Shown here: piece after piece, positions 31,889 through 44,180 of the stretch | Layout: the number at the start of each line of letters is the position of its first letter | Position numbering within the stretch: the first letter of the stretch is position 1 | Assembly (NCBI GenBank): GCA_965153455.1 | Contig: OZ234493.1 | Coordinates: 21,070,213-21,134,212 of the forward strand | Source: Sphagnum compactum | Taxonomy: Eukaryota | DNA length: 64,000 nucleotides | Direction: 5' to 3' | Position numbers and translations under genes: made by a program | The notes under the pieces: generated by a model | What the model saw: the letters and a program-made list of their open reading frames with translations, nothing else | Database searches by the model: none | What the model was told of the DNA's origin: nothing

Positions 31889-33974
31889 TTAATGACATAA
31901 ACATCCAAGCTCCTCTTGGATGATCTAGCATAAATTCAATCTTACTATACATAATTTGTCTTGCACCAACATAAAGGTTTTGGGGCAAATTCAATGTCTA
32001 TTTTGGAATGGGTTGGTGATTTCATCATAAGTCATGTGAAGGTTCACCAAATAGTCTTCATCAAATTTTGTATACATAGTTTTAACAAGGGTTAATATAA
32101 TGTGCAATTCTTGGACTAATTGTTTCATGGCATGATTAACTTTAGTCATATTCTATATGTACTAACATATGTGAAGGGAATTATATGGAATTTCAATTTG
32201 TACTTTAAGGTAGTTGCTATAGTTGAAAATCATTTATTATTCAAATGGTGATAAAGAGGATATTAAATTATCATCACATATTTCAATTATATTGGAATCA
32301 CCATTCCATAGTTGAACTTTTGCATCTTTTAATTAAATGTGATTTACAAATTAAAATTATTCAACTTTGTCCCTTTCCATAACAATATATTTGTGCGGGT
32401 AATTTAGATATGTCATGTACCATATGGATTTCCTAAATCTATCTCTAGCTAGATTAGCAAGTAGCATTACTTATATCAAATTTACTTCAAAATGCAAAAC
32501 TATGTTTACATCAATTTTACTTTTTTTAATAAAAATATTTGTGTGATAGGTAGTAGCATTCCCAAAAACAAGAAGAAAATACATCATGATTATGCTATAA
32601 AATCATATAAACATTTTTATTTTTGTTTTAAATTTTAATGTTGGTGAAGTAGAACAAAATTAATCTATTAGATGGAGCTTTTGAACTTGTAATAAGGTTG
32701 AGATGGGCTTTGGGTGATTAATAGTTTTTGTGTTCAATTTTGATGACATGTAGTTGTTCTTAACAAACTTTGAGTTGTGAGGAGGATGTAAAATATATTG
32801 TTTCCTTACCCGTAACATTTTTCTTCATCAAGTTTGTGAGATGTTGGTTGTTAAGGTCATAGCTAATAAAACTCTTTTTACTTACATGGTTGAACATTAA
32901 TTTCATAACAACATTTGCAATTGTTGTTATAATGTTTTTCTTTTGTTCTCTTTTATATGTGATGAATTTAAACCTATGATCAATATGTATTGTTTATTGA
33001 TTATGGTGGATAATGAAAATATTTTTGGAACTATTAATAAAAATATATGACTAGTTTTGATTGCCCATCACATTGGTTGGCCCACGTGGTGGCATTTAAC
33101 TAATTTTTATTTTACCCTCTCCATGATTTCATGTTTACGGGTGAGAAAATAACTTGCACATTATTTTCGATGACGTTAATAAACAACCACATAATAGGTG
33201 TGGGTGGTTATGCTCACAGGGATAACATTAAATTACAAACTAAGATGCATTTGTAATATCATCTTATTATGTGCCCTATAGACCCTATCATTAAGGTGGG
33301 GTTGATTTAATGTTTAAAATTTTTTTGTTATCGTAAAGTGGTGAATGTAATTCCAAGTTCCAAGCATTGATGGGATCCTTTTACAAGGCCAATGTTTGTG
33401 GTTTTCCTAAGTAGTTGTAGAAGGAAAATATAAGTATATGGAATTGTTCCAAATGGTTTTGCACTATGAGTGGCAATGGTATTATTATTCATGGTTTGGT
33501 TGTTAAAAGAGTCAAAAGAAATATATGTGGTCTTTTAAAAAATATAAATACCAATTTTGGTAAATTTGACACAATCTAAAGTATTGTTTATTAGTAGGTT
33601 ACCAACAAGGAATTCTCTTATTAAAGTTTTATGTAAAGTACACCGAACATGAGGCTAGTAACCCATCTTTGCCCAAAATCTATTTCGTAATGCCCAACAT
33701 GACATGAAAAAATTACACTACACTCTAATGGGCCACAAAACTAGATTTTGCACCTCAACTCGACATCAACAAAATTTGGTGTCAAATTGTTGCCAAGTTG
33801 TTACTCGTAGGTTGCCACATGTGGTTCCTTTCGATGCACATATTCTTACCTTTCCTTTCTTTCCTATGAAAAACTTCAATGATGCCTTTTTCTCCTCCCT
33901 TAGAAGTTATAACCTTCCTCTCCTTTCTCTCCTTTTAGAAGTTTAAACGATGCCTTTATTTCTGTTTTATTTAA

Positions 33975-34750
33975 TGTGAAGCTTCAACAACACCTTTTTC
34001 TTGATGAACCTTTGTGGAGCTTCGACACTATGTAGGCACGAAGGTTCAATGGCAACAATTATTTTCTTTTCTTTCACCTTTGTGAAGTTCCAACATTCTA
34101 CAAGCGCGAAAATGTTAAGTCCACATTTCTTTCTTTTCGTTTGCCTTTATGAAACTTCAATGTTCTATAGGCACAAAGTTTGATGAAATTTAACATTTTG
34201 TAGGCATGAAGGTTTGAAGGTAATAGGATTTTTTTCCTCTTTCACCTTTGTGAAATTTTGACCTATACATGCAAAGTTTTGAAGATCTTGAGTAGGTTTT
34301 TTCCTCCTTTTTGATTTTTTCTCCTCTTTCACTAGTGTGAAGTTCTGATCACAGGTGCAAAACTTTGAATGTCTGTACTAGGTTTTTTCTCCTCTTTAAC
34401 ATGTGTGAAACTTTGACATGTAGGTGAAAAATTACGAAGATTTTGAATAGGTTTTTTCTCCTTTCTCACATATGCAAAGTTCAACCTAAAGATGCGAAAC
34501 TTTGAATATCTGCAATAGGTTTTTTCTTGTGTGAAGCTTCGACTTGCATGCACAAAGCTCTAAAATTTGTAGTAGGTTTTTTTCCTTTCACCTCTATGAA
34601 GCTTTGACCTTTAGGCGTGAAGCTTCAAAGATTTGTAGTAGGCCATTTCTCCTCTTTCACATGTGTGAAGTTCTAACTACCTAGTGTTGCTACAACTTGC
34701 ATGTCACAAAAATATCATAGCGTTTGAAACCTTTTCATTTGTGAAGTTCG
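33975..34750. repeat. Degenerate array of ttcacctttgtgaagcttc / taggtttttt-type units, probably TE-derived
   Basis: Many diverged copies of tgtgaa(g/a)(c/t)tt and aggtttttt(c)tcct in close succession. Confidence 0.55.
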
Positions 34751-35719
34751 AATTACCTCCAATGGTGGTGTGGCGTCAAGAGTGGAGGGAGTTGAAAAGG
34801 AAAACATTACCCCCAACTTGCGACTATTGTTATTTAAAACTAAATATCCTCCCACAACTTCTTATTTTTTGAGGTGAGGTTTATCCCATAGCCTTGGATA
34901 TGGTGCTTATCTCCACTTTTTCAAGTGAAGAATATGAATTTTTTTATTATTATTGTGTTGAAAATTTTACTCTTTGGTGAATTTTTTACTTTCATTGTGG
35001 TCACACTATGTCTTTGCTTACAAACCTGTGATATCCTACAAACCTTCACAACTTCATGGCATGCAAAATCCATGAAGAAGTTTGGAAATCCTCTTCCAAC
35101 CACACAAAATTTTTAAGAGCCCCATCCCTTGAAACCTAAGACCCTAAGCCATAAACTTATAATAAAACTATATCTGAAAGGGCCTTCTACCCTAAAACCC
35201 ATAAAATAGAAACCTTCATGCAAGAACTCATGCCATCTTCTCCATCCTCTCATAGACATTTTTGTTGTTGAACATATTCTAACATGTTTCCCATGAACCC
35301 ATCAATGATGTGATACCTTCGTCGAGTTAACAAATCTTGCTACAACATTGTGGGCAATACCATGGCTTGGAATGCGTTCAAAATTTTGAAAATTGATAAT
35401 GTAACTTACCATGAAACAATTAAAGCTTACAAATTTCCAAGGCATTCTCTAAAAACCCGCCTACAATTTAAACTAAAATGCTTGAAATGTTTGTCTAAGA
35501 TAAATAACTAGGCAAAAGTGTTTTAGAGATTTGTTTTTTTGTATAATCAAAGTATATACATATACATGAATTTAATATATTTTTTGTTGAATCTCTTATG
35601 ATGTTCAAAATAGACCCAAAAACCTAATTTGCATCTATTCTTGTTGTTATTTTGTATTTTTTGGTCATGAATGCAATTGCAATGTTTTAGCTAATATTGT
35701 TTTTAGTCTTTTTAACCTT

Positions 35720-36545
35720 ATTTGTAATGTCGCATCCCCAAACCCTAATTGCCTTGTACATATTACTTTTAAATGGAATAACAACTAATATGATTCAACT
35801 TGTAAAGGTAATTAACCTTCTTCATGTTATTGGTTTAGGTGGGTAAGGTTGCCATCTTGCTACTTTGGATTTTTATAATTCAATCATAGCTAAGCAAATT
35901 TACCATGAAAAGAAAACCCATGTTTCATTGGTTTTCTTTCTGATCATTTTAACCCAAACCATAATTTTTTTATACATATTATTATTGAATGGAACTAACA
36001 ACTAATTTTATTCAATTTGTAAATGGCTAGCCTTTTTCATGATGTTGGTTTAAGTGGGTAGGGCTGCCATCTTGTTGTTATGGGGTTTTGTTATTGCTTC
36101 ATGTGAAAGCATATTGGTCATGACACCTTGGATCCCTTGTTTTCGCTCAATTTATTTTTGGTATTTTTAACCTTCTTAATAATGTTGCATACCCAAACCC
36201 TAAACCCCTTTTATAAACTACTATTGAATTACTCTTTTAGTTGATTTGTAACTATAACTAGCCATTTTATTGCTCTGGTTTCTATGATTGCCTCATGTGA
36301 AATAAATTAATCATGAAACCATCAATCCCATGTTTCAACTAGTTATTATTATTATTGTTGTTGTTGTTTTGGTAACACTGCATACCCAAACCTTAATTGC
36401 CTCATGCAAATTACTCCTAATTGGATTTGAAGACATATTTGAATCAAATGGTAAAGTGTAGTTATCCTTTTTCATGTTGTTGGTTTAGGTGGGTAGGGTT
36501 GCCATCTTGTTCCTTTGGGTTTTTATTATTGCTTCACGTGAAAGT
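35720..36545 (+). repeat. Dispersed diverged repeat, three clear copies
   Basis: ttcatg.t.ttggttta.gtgggta.gg.tgccatcttg at ~35821, ~36036 and ~36471, each preceded by cc(c)aaacc(c)taa-like blocks. Confidence 0.65.
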
Positions 36546-37494
36546 AGATTATGGAACCAAGAATTGATTACTAATCACCATTCTTAGGTTTTTAAGGTCA
36601 TTTGAGTGTGAATGTTGGGTGTGTGGATTTATTTCTAGGAATGGGAAACCTTTCATATGCTAATGAGTTCATGGTTAAAATTCAAATGTATGAATCATTG
36701 GCATTGCACAAGGTCAAACAACCCCACTAAAAGAAGTTGCCTTAACAGATTGTGGAATTTGCTCACCTTCACACATTTACAACATTGTATAACCATTATT
36801 TTGCCATGTATAGCATTGGCAAAAAACATGGGACTCAATTGATCCCTAATGTGGTCTAGAAGTTTGTTTATCATGACTACGTAAAGTTTACCCAAACCCC
36901 TAATTTGTTGAAGAAACATTGAAAATTGTCTATGGGAAACTTGAAGGAATTGAAAACAAATAATTCCAATGAAACACATTCAAAACAAGCCACATTATAA
37001 TGTGAGGTGGTTTTGGAACGACTGAAATCCACTAATGGACATGCAAGTTGGAATGTTTTGAAGAGGTAACAAAGCTTCATTGACCACACACCCATCACCC
37101 TAACCCCATTTCCTAGCCCTAGCATGTCAGCCTTCCCCTTAATGGTTTGAATGCAACTTCCGTTGGTGTTGTTTCTTCAAATCCTATCTTGTTGACCACC
37201 CCAATTGAAATGCAAGGCCCCAAAGCAAAATTAAGCAAAGGGGAAATTGTAACCGTGAATTCTAGGAACATGGCAACCATGGAAAGTCAATTTTTTTCTT
37301 TGTCTTTTGTCTACGATGCCTTCTTATTAGGGGAGATGGATCTCAATTGTAGGAGGAAGGAAAAAAAAAAAAACAATTTGAAAATGAATTTTTAATGTGA
37401 TTTCAAAAGAAAAGTTCGAAACAAAAGTCAAGGCTATTGCGAAATTGTAGTTAGCATGTTGATGTAAAAACATTATGATTGTGTAATCTAGGTT

Positions 37495-38056
37495 TTTTTC
37501 AAAATTTAGACCTAAAACCTTAATTTTAGATCAATAAAACCTAATTTTAGACCTAAAAACTTGATTTCGAACCCCACAAATTTAATATTAAAGCCCTAAT
37601 CCCAAATTTACAAACCCTAATTTCAAACATTAAACCATGATTTTAGAACCTAAACATTAATATTTAATCTCAAGTCTACAAACACTAATTTTATAACCTA
37701 AACCCTAATCCTTAATCTCAAGTTTATAAACCCTAATTTCATAACCTAAAACTTAAACCTAGTCCTAGGTCTACAAACCATAATTTTAAACCTAAACCTT
37801 AAAACCTAGTTTCAAGTCTACAAACCTTAATTATAAACCCATAAATCTTTAATACAGACCTTAAAATCATACTTTAAACCTTAAACCATCATTCAAACCT
37901 TGATTTCAAAACCTTAAACTCTAATTTGAATCCTATTTTTAAATTTTAAGCCTTAATAAAAATACCTTTAAACCTAAAACCTTAAATTCAAATATATAAA
38001 CCCTAATACCAAACCCTAAAACCTTGTAGCCTAACTTTATATTTAAAAATTTAACC
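37495..38056 (+). repeat. Degenerate telomere-like (AAACCCT)n array
   Basis: Dense aaaccctaa/aaacctaa/aaaccttaa variants; continues at 42316-42350 after the CACTA insertion. Confidence 0.75.
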
Positions 38057-41000
38057 CACTAGTAGAAATCAGCCAAAATGTAACCACTCCATTTACAATT
38101 ACATGCGACTTGTAGTCGTTTGCGATTAGATTTGGGAACATTTGCAACTACATGACCATATTTCAACTATTTTGGTCATTTTTACAACTATGATGCAATT
38201 ATTAAAAATTTCATCTCATTGGTTGGATCACTTTTACATTAATTTTCATCCATTAATAGGTTGATATGTCCCATTAGTCGTAATAGTCACCAAATTAGTT
38301 GCATCCTAAAGGTATTCTACAATGACATAGGGGCGTATTTTAATATATGTACTAAAATTATATATATAATATGCAAACGTATGTATATTGTTCATATAAT
38401 TAATCTCAAAATTAATATTTGAACTTTGAATTTTTTATTCAAATCTGAAAAATGATATTTCAATTTTGAAAACTATTATTTTAATTTAAAAAATATATAT
38501 TAGAATTTGAAACTTGACATTTGAATCTGAAAATTATTATTTCGATTGTTTAAAACATTATTTGAATTTCAAAATTTTAATTTGAATATGATATTTTCAA
38601 TTTAAATTCAAAAAGGCTCATTTGATCTAAAAACTGATATTTGAATTCTAAATTAATATTTTTGAATCCAAAAATTAATATTTCAATTTAGAAAATTATT
38701 GATTGTTTATTTGATCTGAAAATTGACATTTCAATTCTGGAAATTTTTATTTAAATTCAAAAAACTTTTGATCTATAAATTGATATTTATATTCTAAATT
38801 ATGATTTTCGAATCTAAAAATTAGTATTTCAATTTAAAAAACTTTATTGAGTCTACAATTGACATTTTGATTTAAGATATTTTTATTTGGACTTGAAATT
38901 TGATTTTTGAATTCTGAAGTTTAAAATTTCAATTTTCAGAAATTATTTGACTTGAAAGTTGCAATTTGAATTTCAAATTATTATTTTGAATTTTCGAAAT
39001 TAATATTTCAATTCAGAAAATTGTTAATTGAGTCTTAAAATGGACATTTCAATTTTGAATATTGTTATTTGAATTTGAAAATTGACATTTCAATTCTGGA
39101 AATTGTTATTCAAATTCAAAAAACTTATTTGATTTAAAACTTGATATTTCAATTTTAAATTATTCTTCTCGAATCTAAAAATTAGTATTTCAATTTTAAA
39201 AAATTTATTGAGTCTTAAAATTGACATTTTGATTTAAAATATTTTTATTTGGACGTGAAATTTGATATTTGAATTCTGAAGTTTAAAATTTCAATTTTAA
39301 GAAATTATTGACTTGAAAGTTGAAATTGAATTCCAAATTATTATTTTGGATTTTCGAAATTAATATTTCAATTCAGAAAATTGTTAATTGAGTATTAAAA
39401 TGGGCAATTTAATTTTAAATATTATAATTTGAATCTGAAAATTGAAATTCCAATTCTGAAATTTGTTATTTACTTTCAAAAGATTTATTTGATCTAAAAA
39501 TTGATATTTGAATTCTGAATTACTATGTTGGAATCTTAAATTTATGTTTTAATTCAAAAAATTATTGATTGAGTTTTAAGTGTTTTTTCTACTAGTGTTA
39601 CCCATAATAAATCAATTTTATAAATAATTATAAATGATTATGTTTAATAAACCTAAATTACAGTAAATAATTATTGTTATAATATTTTTTATGTTATATA
39701 ATTTATATTCTTATATTAGAAGAAATTAATCAATATAATTAATGTGACATTAATTTAAAATCATTGTAATTATTTCAGATAAGAATTAATTAGTATGTGC
39801 ATAATTATTTTCTAATTGAACATAATTATTCACACTCTGTAATTTATAACTTCAAACCTAAATTAAAAATTTGGAAAAATTACAGTGTAGTTAAAATAAT
39901 TATTTTCACGAGTTATTGTCTAATATTATTATTTTTCTAATTCTGTGATTAATCATCTATGATAAATATTTTATAGTAATTTTACAATAATTATGAAAAT
40001 GAATGTTATGTTTAACAAATTATTGTATTTATAATTAACACTTACCAAGAGAAAAAAATTACTTGACCTATAATAATTTTTACAACAATAAATGTAATTA
40101 TAAAATAAGTAATGTAATTAGTTGAATAATAATTTTTCAAAGATTCATTATTTTCTAATAGTAATTGTTAATTCATTACTTATAGTTTTAACATAAATAT
40201 TTAATATATTCTACATTAATTATATTATATATAATTCGATCAGATTCTAAAAATTAATAAATTATTTTAAATTATTAAATTATTTATGAATTATGTATTA
40301 ATAACTTATGAGTAACTAGATAGTTAGTTTGTTAAATATTAAGAAGTTATTAATTATTTAAGTGATTGATAATGAATATTGAATATTTGTAATGTATAAT
40401 TTATAATTTAAATATATGTAAATTTAAGCATTATTAATTAAATGATTATTTAGTTATTTAGTACTTGAATTGCTTAAAAATCTAAAAACTGAGAAAGTAA
40501 GGCATGAAGAAAGTTTTGGAATTACAACTTAGTTTGTGAGGAAGTTGCAAGTTCAAAATTTATCCCATATTGTTTGTTCTTCATTCCTATTTTGAACATT
40601 ATATAAACAAGGGGGTGTGGTCATCCAATTTCACATTAAGAAATTTGTGCAGACGGGATGAGCTAATAAAAAAGCTCAACCCAAAACAAAAAAACAAATT
40701 ATGCACATTTCTAAAATATTTACCTTCCCAACCTACTTATCTACCTAGCTAGGTAGGTACCTAGTTTGACCTACCCACCTAGGTTGACATATGTACTTAC
40801 CTACCTAAGTACCTACCTATATGAGTAGGTATTTGACCTAAGAACGTAGTGTAATGCGAAGGTAGGTGGACAGATTCAGTGTGAACACTGAACTGTGTTT
40901 GGGATCTAGGTCTGTTTGAGGCGGCCACCTTTTGTTTTCGGCGTTCATTACTGCTGCATGGAGTGCATGGTTGCTTTCTCCCTTGTTTTGTGTGTTTTAG

Positions 41001-42315
41001 GATAATCTTGGGAGATGGCGGCGGAGAATGATGAATGCTGATGGTGCCGAATTGATGAAAAACGGGCGGCGACGGCGAACGGTGAGGCTTCGGAGGGAAG
41101 CTTACGGAATCTCGGAAAGCTTTTGTGTGGCTCTGGAGGTGTGGAGTGTATCTTTTTCCCGGACTGCAAGAAGGTTTAGCTCGGAAGGTAGGAGAGAGAG
41201 GGGAGACAGACAATTTTGGTTGGTGTTAGAAGAGAAAGATCAGGAGGCTAGAATGGGATTAGCAGAATAATTTTGGGAGGTGTGTGGATCTGTAGAAGTT
41301 GGAACTGTAGAAGTTTGGTAGTTGGATGGACATGGTGATGGTGTAAAGCTCTGTAGCTAGGTGACTTTGGCTGAACGCCTGAATTTCCGCTGCGCCTGGT
41401 AGCCAGTCAAATGGTTGTTGTTGCTGCAGAAGAATTAGAGAGAAAAAGAAAGAGAGTCGGAACAGCACTGAAGCTGTTGTTTTGTGAGTCTTCTGATGTC
41501 TCGAGAGCTTGTGCTTTCGGGATTGTACATATTTTGTAAATGCAATGGAAAGTTTATTTGTTTGATACCTGTGTGAGCGGTGAAGAAGAAGAAGGATGCT
41601 TGAGGTTGGTCGTGTTGTTGTGTCTGTACATCTCCGATCTATGAGGTGGGGAGGAAAGAGCCGGTCAGTAGTTGTTGTGTGAGAAGGTTTGGAGTTCTGT
41701 GTGAGTAGCGAAGATCAGCAGAGTACAGTCGACAGGGTTCGTTGGCCACAGTAGATGTGTTGTGCGTTCTATGGACCCCTCCTTTTTGGTTACAGTAGAA
41801 CTTACCTACCTATTTTGAAACCTAAGTACGTAGGTTGATATGTAGCCTAAGTTTGTAGGCACCCATTTATGTACCTACCTAGGTACCTACCAACCTAATA
41901 TTAATATTTTTATTATATATATTTTTAATGCCACGTGGCATACTTACATTGGGCCACGTGTCATAATAAAGATCATCCAAGTATTTGAATTGAACGTCCT
42001 AGATTATTTCAAAATAATAATAATTATTATATTTAAATAATCAAATATTAAGACACGTGGCAACACATCATTTGCCTTCAATTGTGACCAAAATAGTTGC
42101 ATCTTAGTCGCATGTGACAATACGTATACAATGGAGTCAAAGGATGAAATGTATTTGTTGACTTTTTCTTTCATACAATACGCTTTGTCATTTGCGACTA
42201 GTTTATCACATGCGACTTGTCTTAGGCGACTAAAAGGATTTTAGTTGCAAAATGTCTCTTGCAACTAAAATTTAGTTGCAAAGACTAATCGAAAATACAT
42301 GTTTTTCTTCTAGTG
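38057..42315. mobile_element. Non-autonomous CACTA (En/Spm) element 1, 4259 bp
   Basis: Ends CACTAGTAGAAA ... TTTCTTCTAGTG; 3-bp TSD ACC (38054-56, 42316-18); subterminal tgcgact/gttgca repeats at both ends; no transposase ORF. Confidence 0.85.
38400..39580. repeat. AT-rich degenerate minisatellite with ~360-bp higher-order duplication inside CACTA 1
   Basis: Recurring ~20-bp gaatctgaaaattga.atttcaatt-type units; block ~38715-39070 is repeated at ~39075-39430. Confidence 0.75.
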
Positions 42316-42399
42316 ACCTAACCCCAAATTTTTACCTTAAACCCTACATCTTAAATTACAAGTTTTCGCAAGTCTAAACTTGTACTTAATAATTTCATA

Positions 42400-44180
42400 C
42401 CCATCTTTGAATAATAAGGTCAAGGTTTTAATCTCCAATGACTTTGTATGTGAGGTCCATTTGAAGATGGTGAAAATAGTTGGTGAAAATAGTGTCGACT
42501 TGGAAAAGATGGGAGAATTTTGGTTTTGTGGAATTAAATCTTTCCATGAGGCGTTTCCATTTTCACTTAAATCCACTAATTCCCCATTCCACTTGAACCT
42601 TAAACCCCACATGCATTTTGTTATACGCCTAGATGACACCATGGTCTACATCCAGTGGTAATTCTTGCCTCCCCATCCTTTTCATGATGAACATTTCTTC
42701 CCCCAAGTACCTTGGATCCTCTAAAAGATATTCATCGTGATGGATGAAGTATTGATGCCACTCCCGATAGATGGCCAAATGGAAAATAATGTTTACATCA
42801 TGATAAGACCCACAGTAGGCCGAATCATTATAAATAAACAATCCATGGTTGTCCAAAACCATGGTGTTGTTCATTGCATATATCTTTTGTGGTCATTAAA
42901 CCATGTCCGATGTTTCGAGTCCTTGCATGACTTTGAATCTCAACCAATGTCATGTCGATGAACCCTAAGCACCTTAACAATTCACATAATTGGTTACCCA
43001 AGCAACCATCTCAAAAAATGATAGCAAATGAATTTCATCTGCTAAGGCATGGTTAATGCATGATACGACAAATATCACATCATCACTTAATGATGATTTT
43101 GCCCAATTCCACATGAAGGCATCATAGACGATGACATTGTCATGTTTTATGAACAATATTAAACACAAAAACCATTGTTTGGGCCCCAACTTTGATGGTG
43201 TCCCCATGACCATTGGCACATCCCCCAACATGATAAAGACCTTAAATAGACCTTAAAACCCTAAATTTTTAAGCTTAATTTTAAACATTGGACTTAAAAC
43301 CCTTAATTTCTGACCTTAGAACTTAGATTTTAATATGCAAACCCTAACCCTAAATTCAAACCTTAAAATAAAAAATACAACCTTAAAACACTAAATTTCA
43401 AACATGAGATTTTAATTTTGAAATTTCAAACCTAAAATAAAAACCTTAGAACTTAAACCCTAAACATTAATATTGAAACCCTAACTCTAAAATACAAACT
43501 TAAACCCAAAATTCAGTCTTAATCCATCTTAAACCCTAAGTTTTAACCTTAAATCCTAAACCCTAAACCCCAATTTCAAACCAAAAATTAGAACCCTATA
43601 GCCTCAAACCTAAACCTTAATGTTAAGTCCTAACCTTAAAAGACAAACTTAAACACAAAATTCAAACTTAAACCATTCTAAACCTTAATTTGAAACCTTA
43701 ACCCCTAATTTCAGACTTGAAATCAAAACTCTATGAGCTTAAAACCTAAAATTTAATGTTAAAACACTAACCCTAAAATACAAACTTAATCCAAAATTTA
43801 GATTTAAGCGATACCAAACCCTAATTTCAAACCCTAAAACCTTATCTTAATCATGCAACTACGAGGGCCAAGAAGGCTTACCTATGGACCTAGCATGGGA
43901 AACATGTTTATTGGTGCATTACTTAACTTGCTAGCTTTTCAGACTTTATCAATGTGAAATTGGTGAAGTTCTTGAATAAGGAGGGTGTGGCTTGCATCAT
44001 GGCCAAAACATTTCAAACCCCCATCGCCAACAAATTCCCAATCCTTTCATCCTCATGGTCATATAGGTCTTTGGAGTTGAAAGCATTAAAAACACATTGG
44101 AAAAACATAACAATTTATTGATTCATTTCATCAAATAACATTTCTTCATCATTTGAGGAAGAATCACTTGAAAATCACAT
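42400..44180 (-). pseudogene. PIF/Harbinger (HARBI1-like DDE) transposase remnant with one long intron
   Basis: Minus-strand fragments LFKNFTNFTL..HARSIG | ..GTPSKLGPKQ..LILFIKHDN, GFIDMTLVEI, VLDNHGLFIY..GSYHDV, YLLEDPRYLG and AYNKMH..VQVEWGISGFK*KW follow the Harbinger D-D-E layout. Donor GTAAG at 43881; many stops and frameshifts. Confidence 0.8.
43245..43850 (+). repeat. Degenerate telomere-like (AAACCCT)n array inside the Harbinger intron; a further array lies at ~44370-44700
   Basis: Numerous aaaccctaa, accctaaccctaaa and cctaaaccctaaacc variants. Confidence 0.75.
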
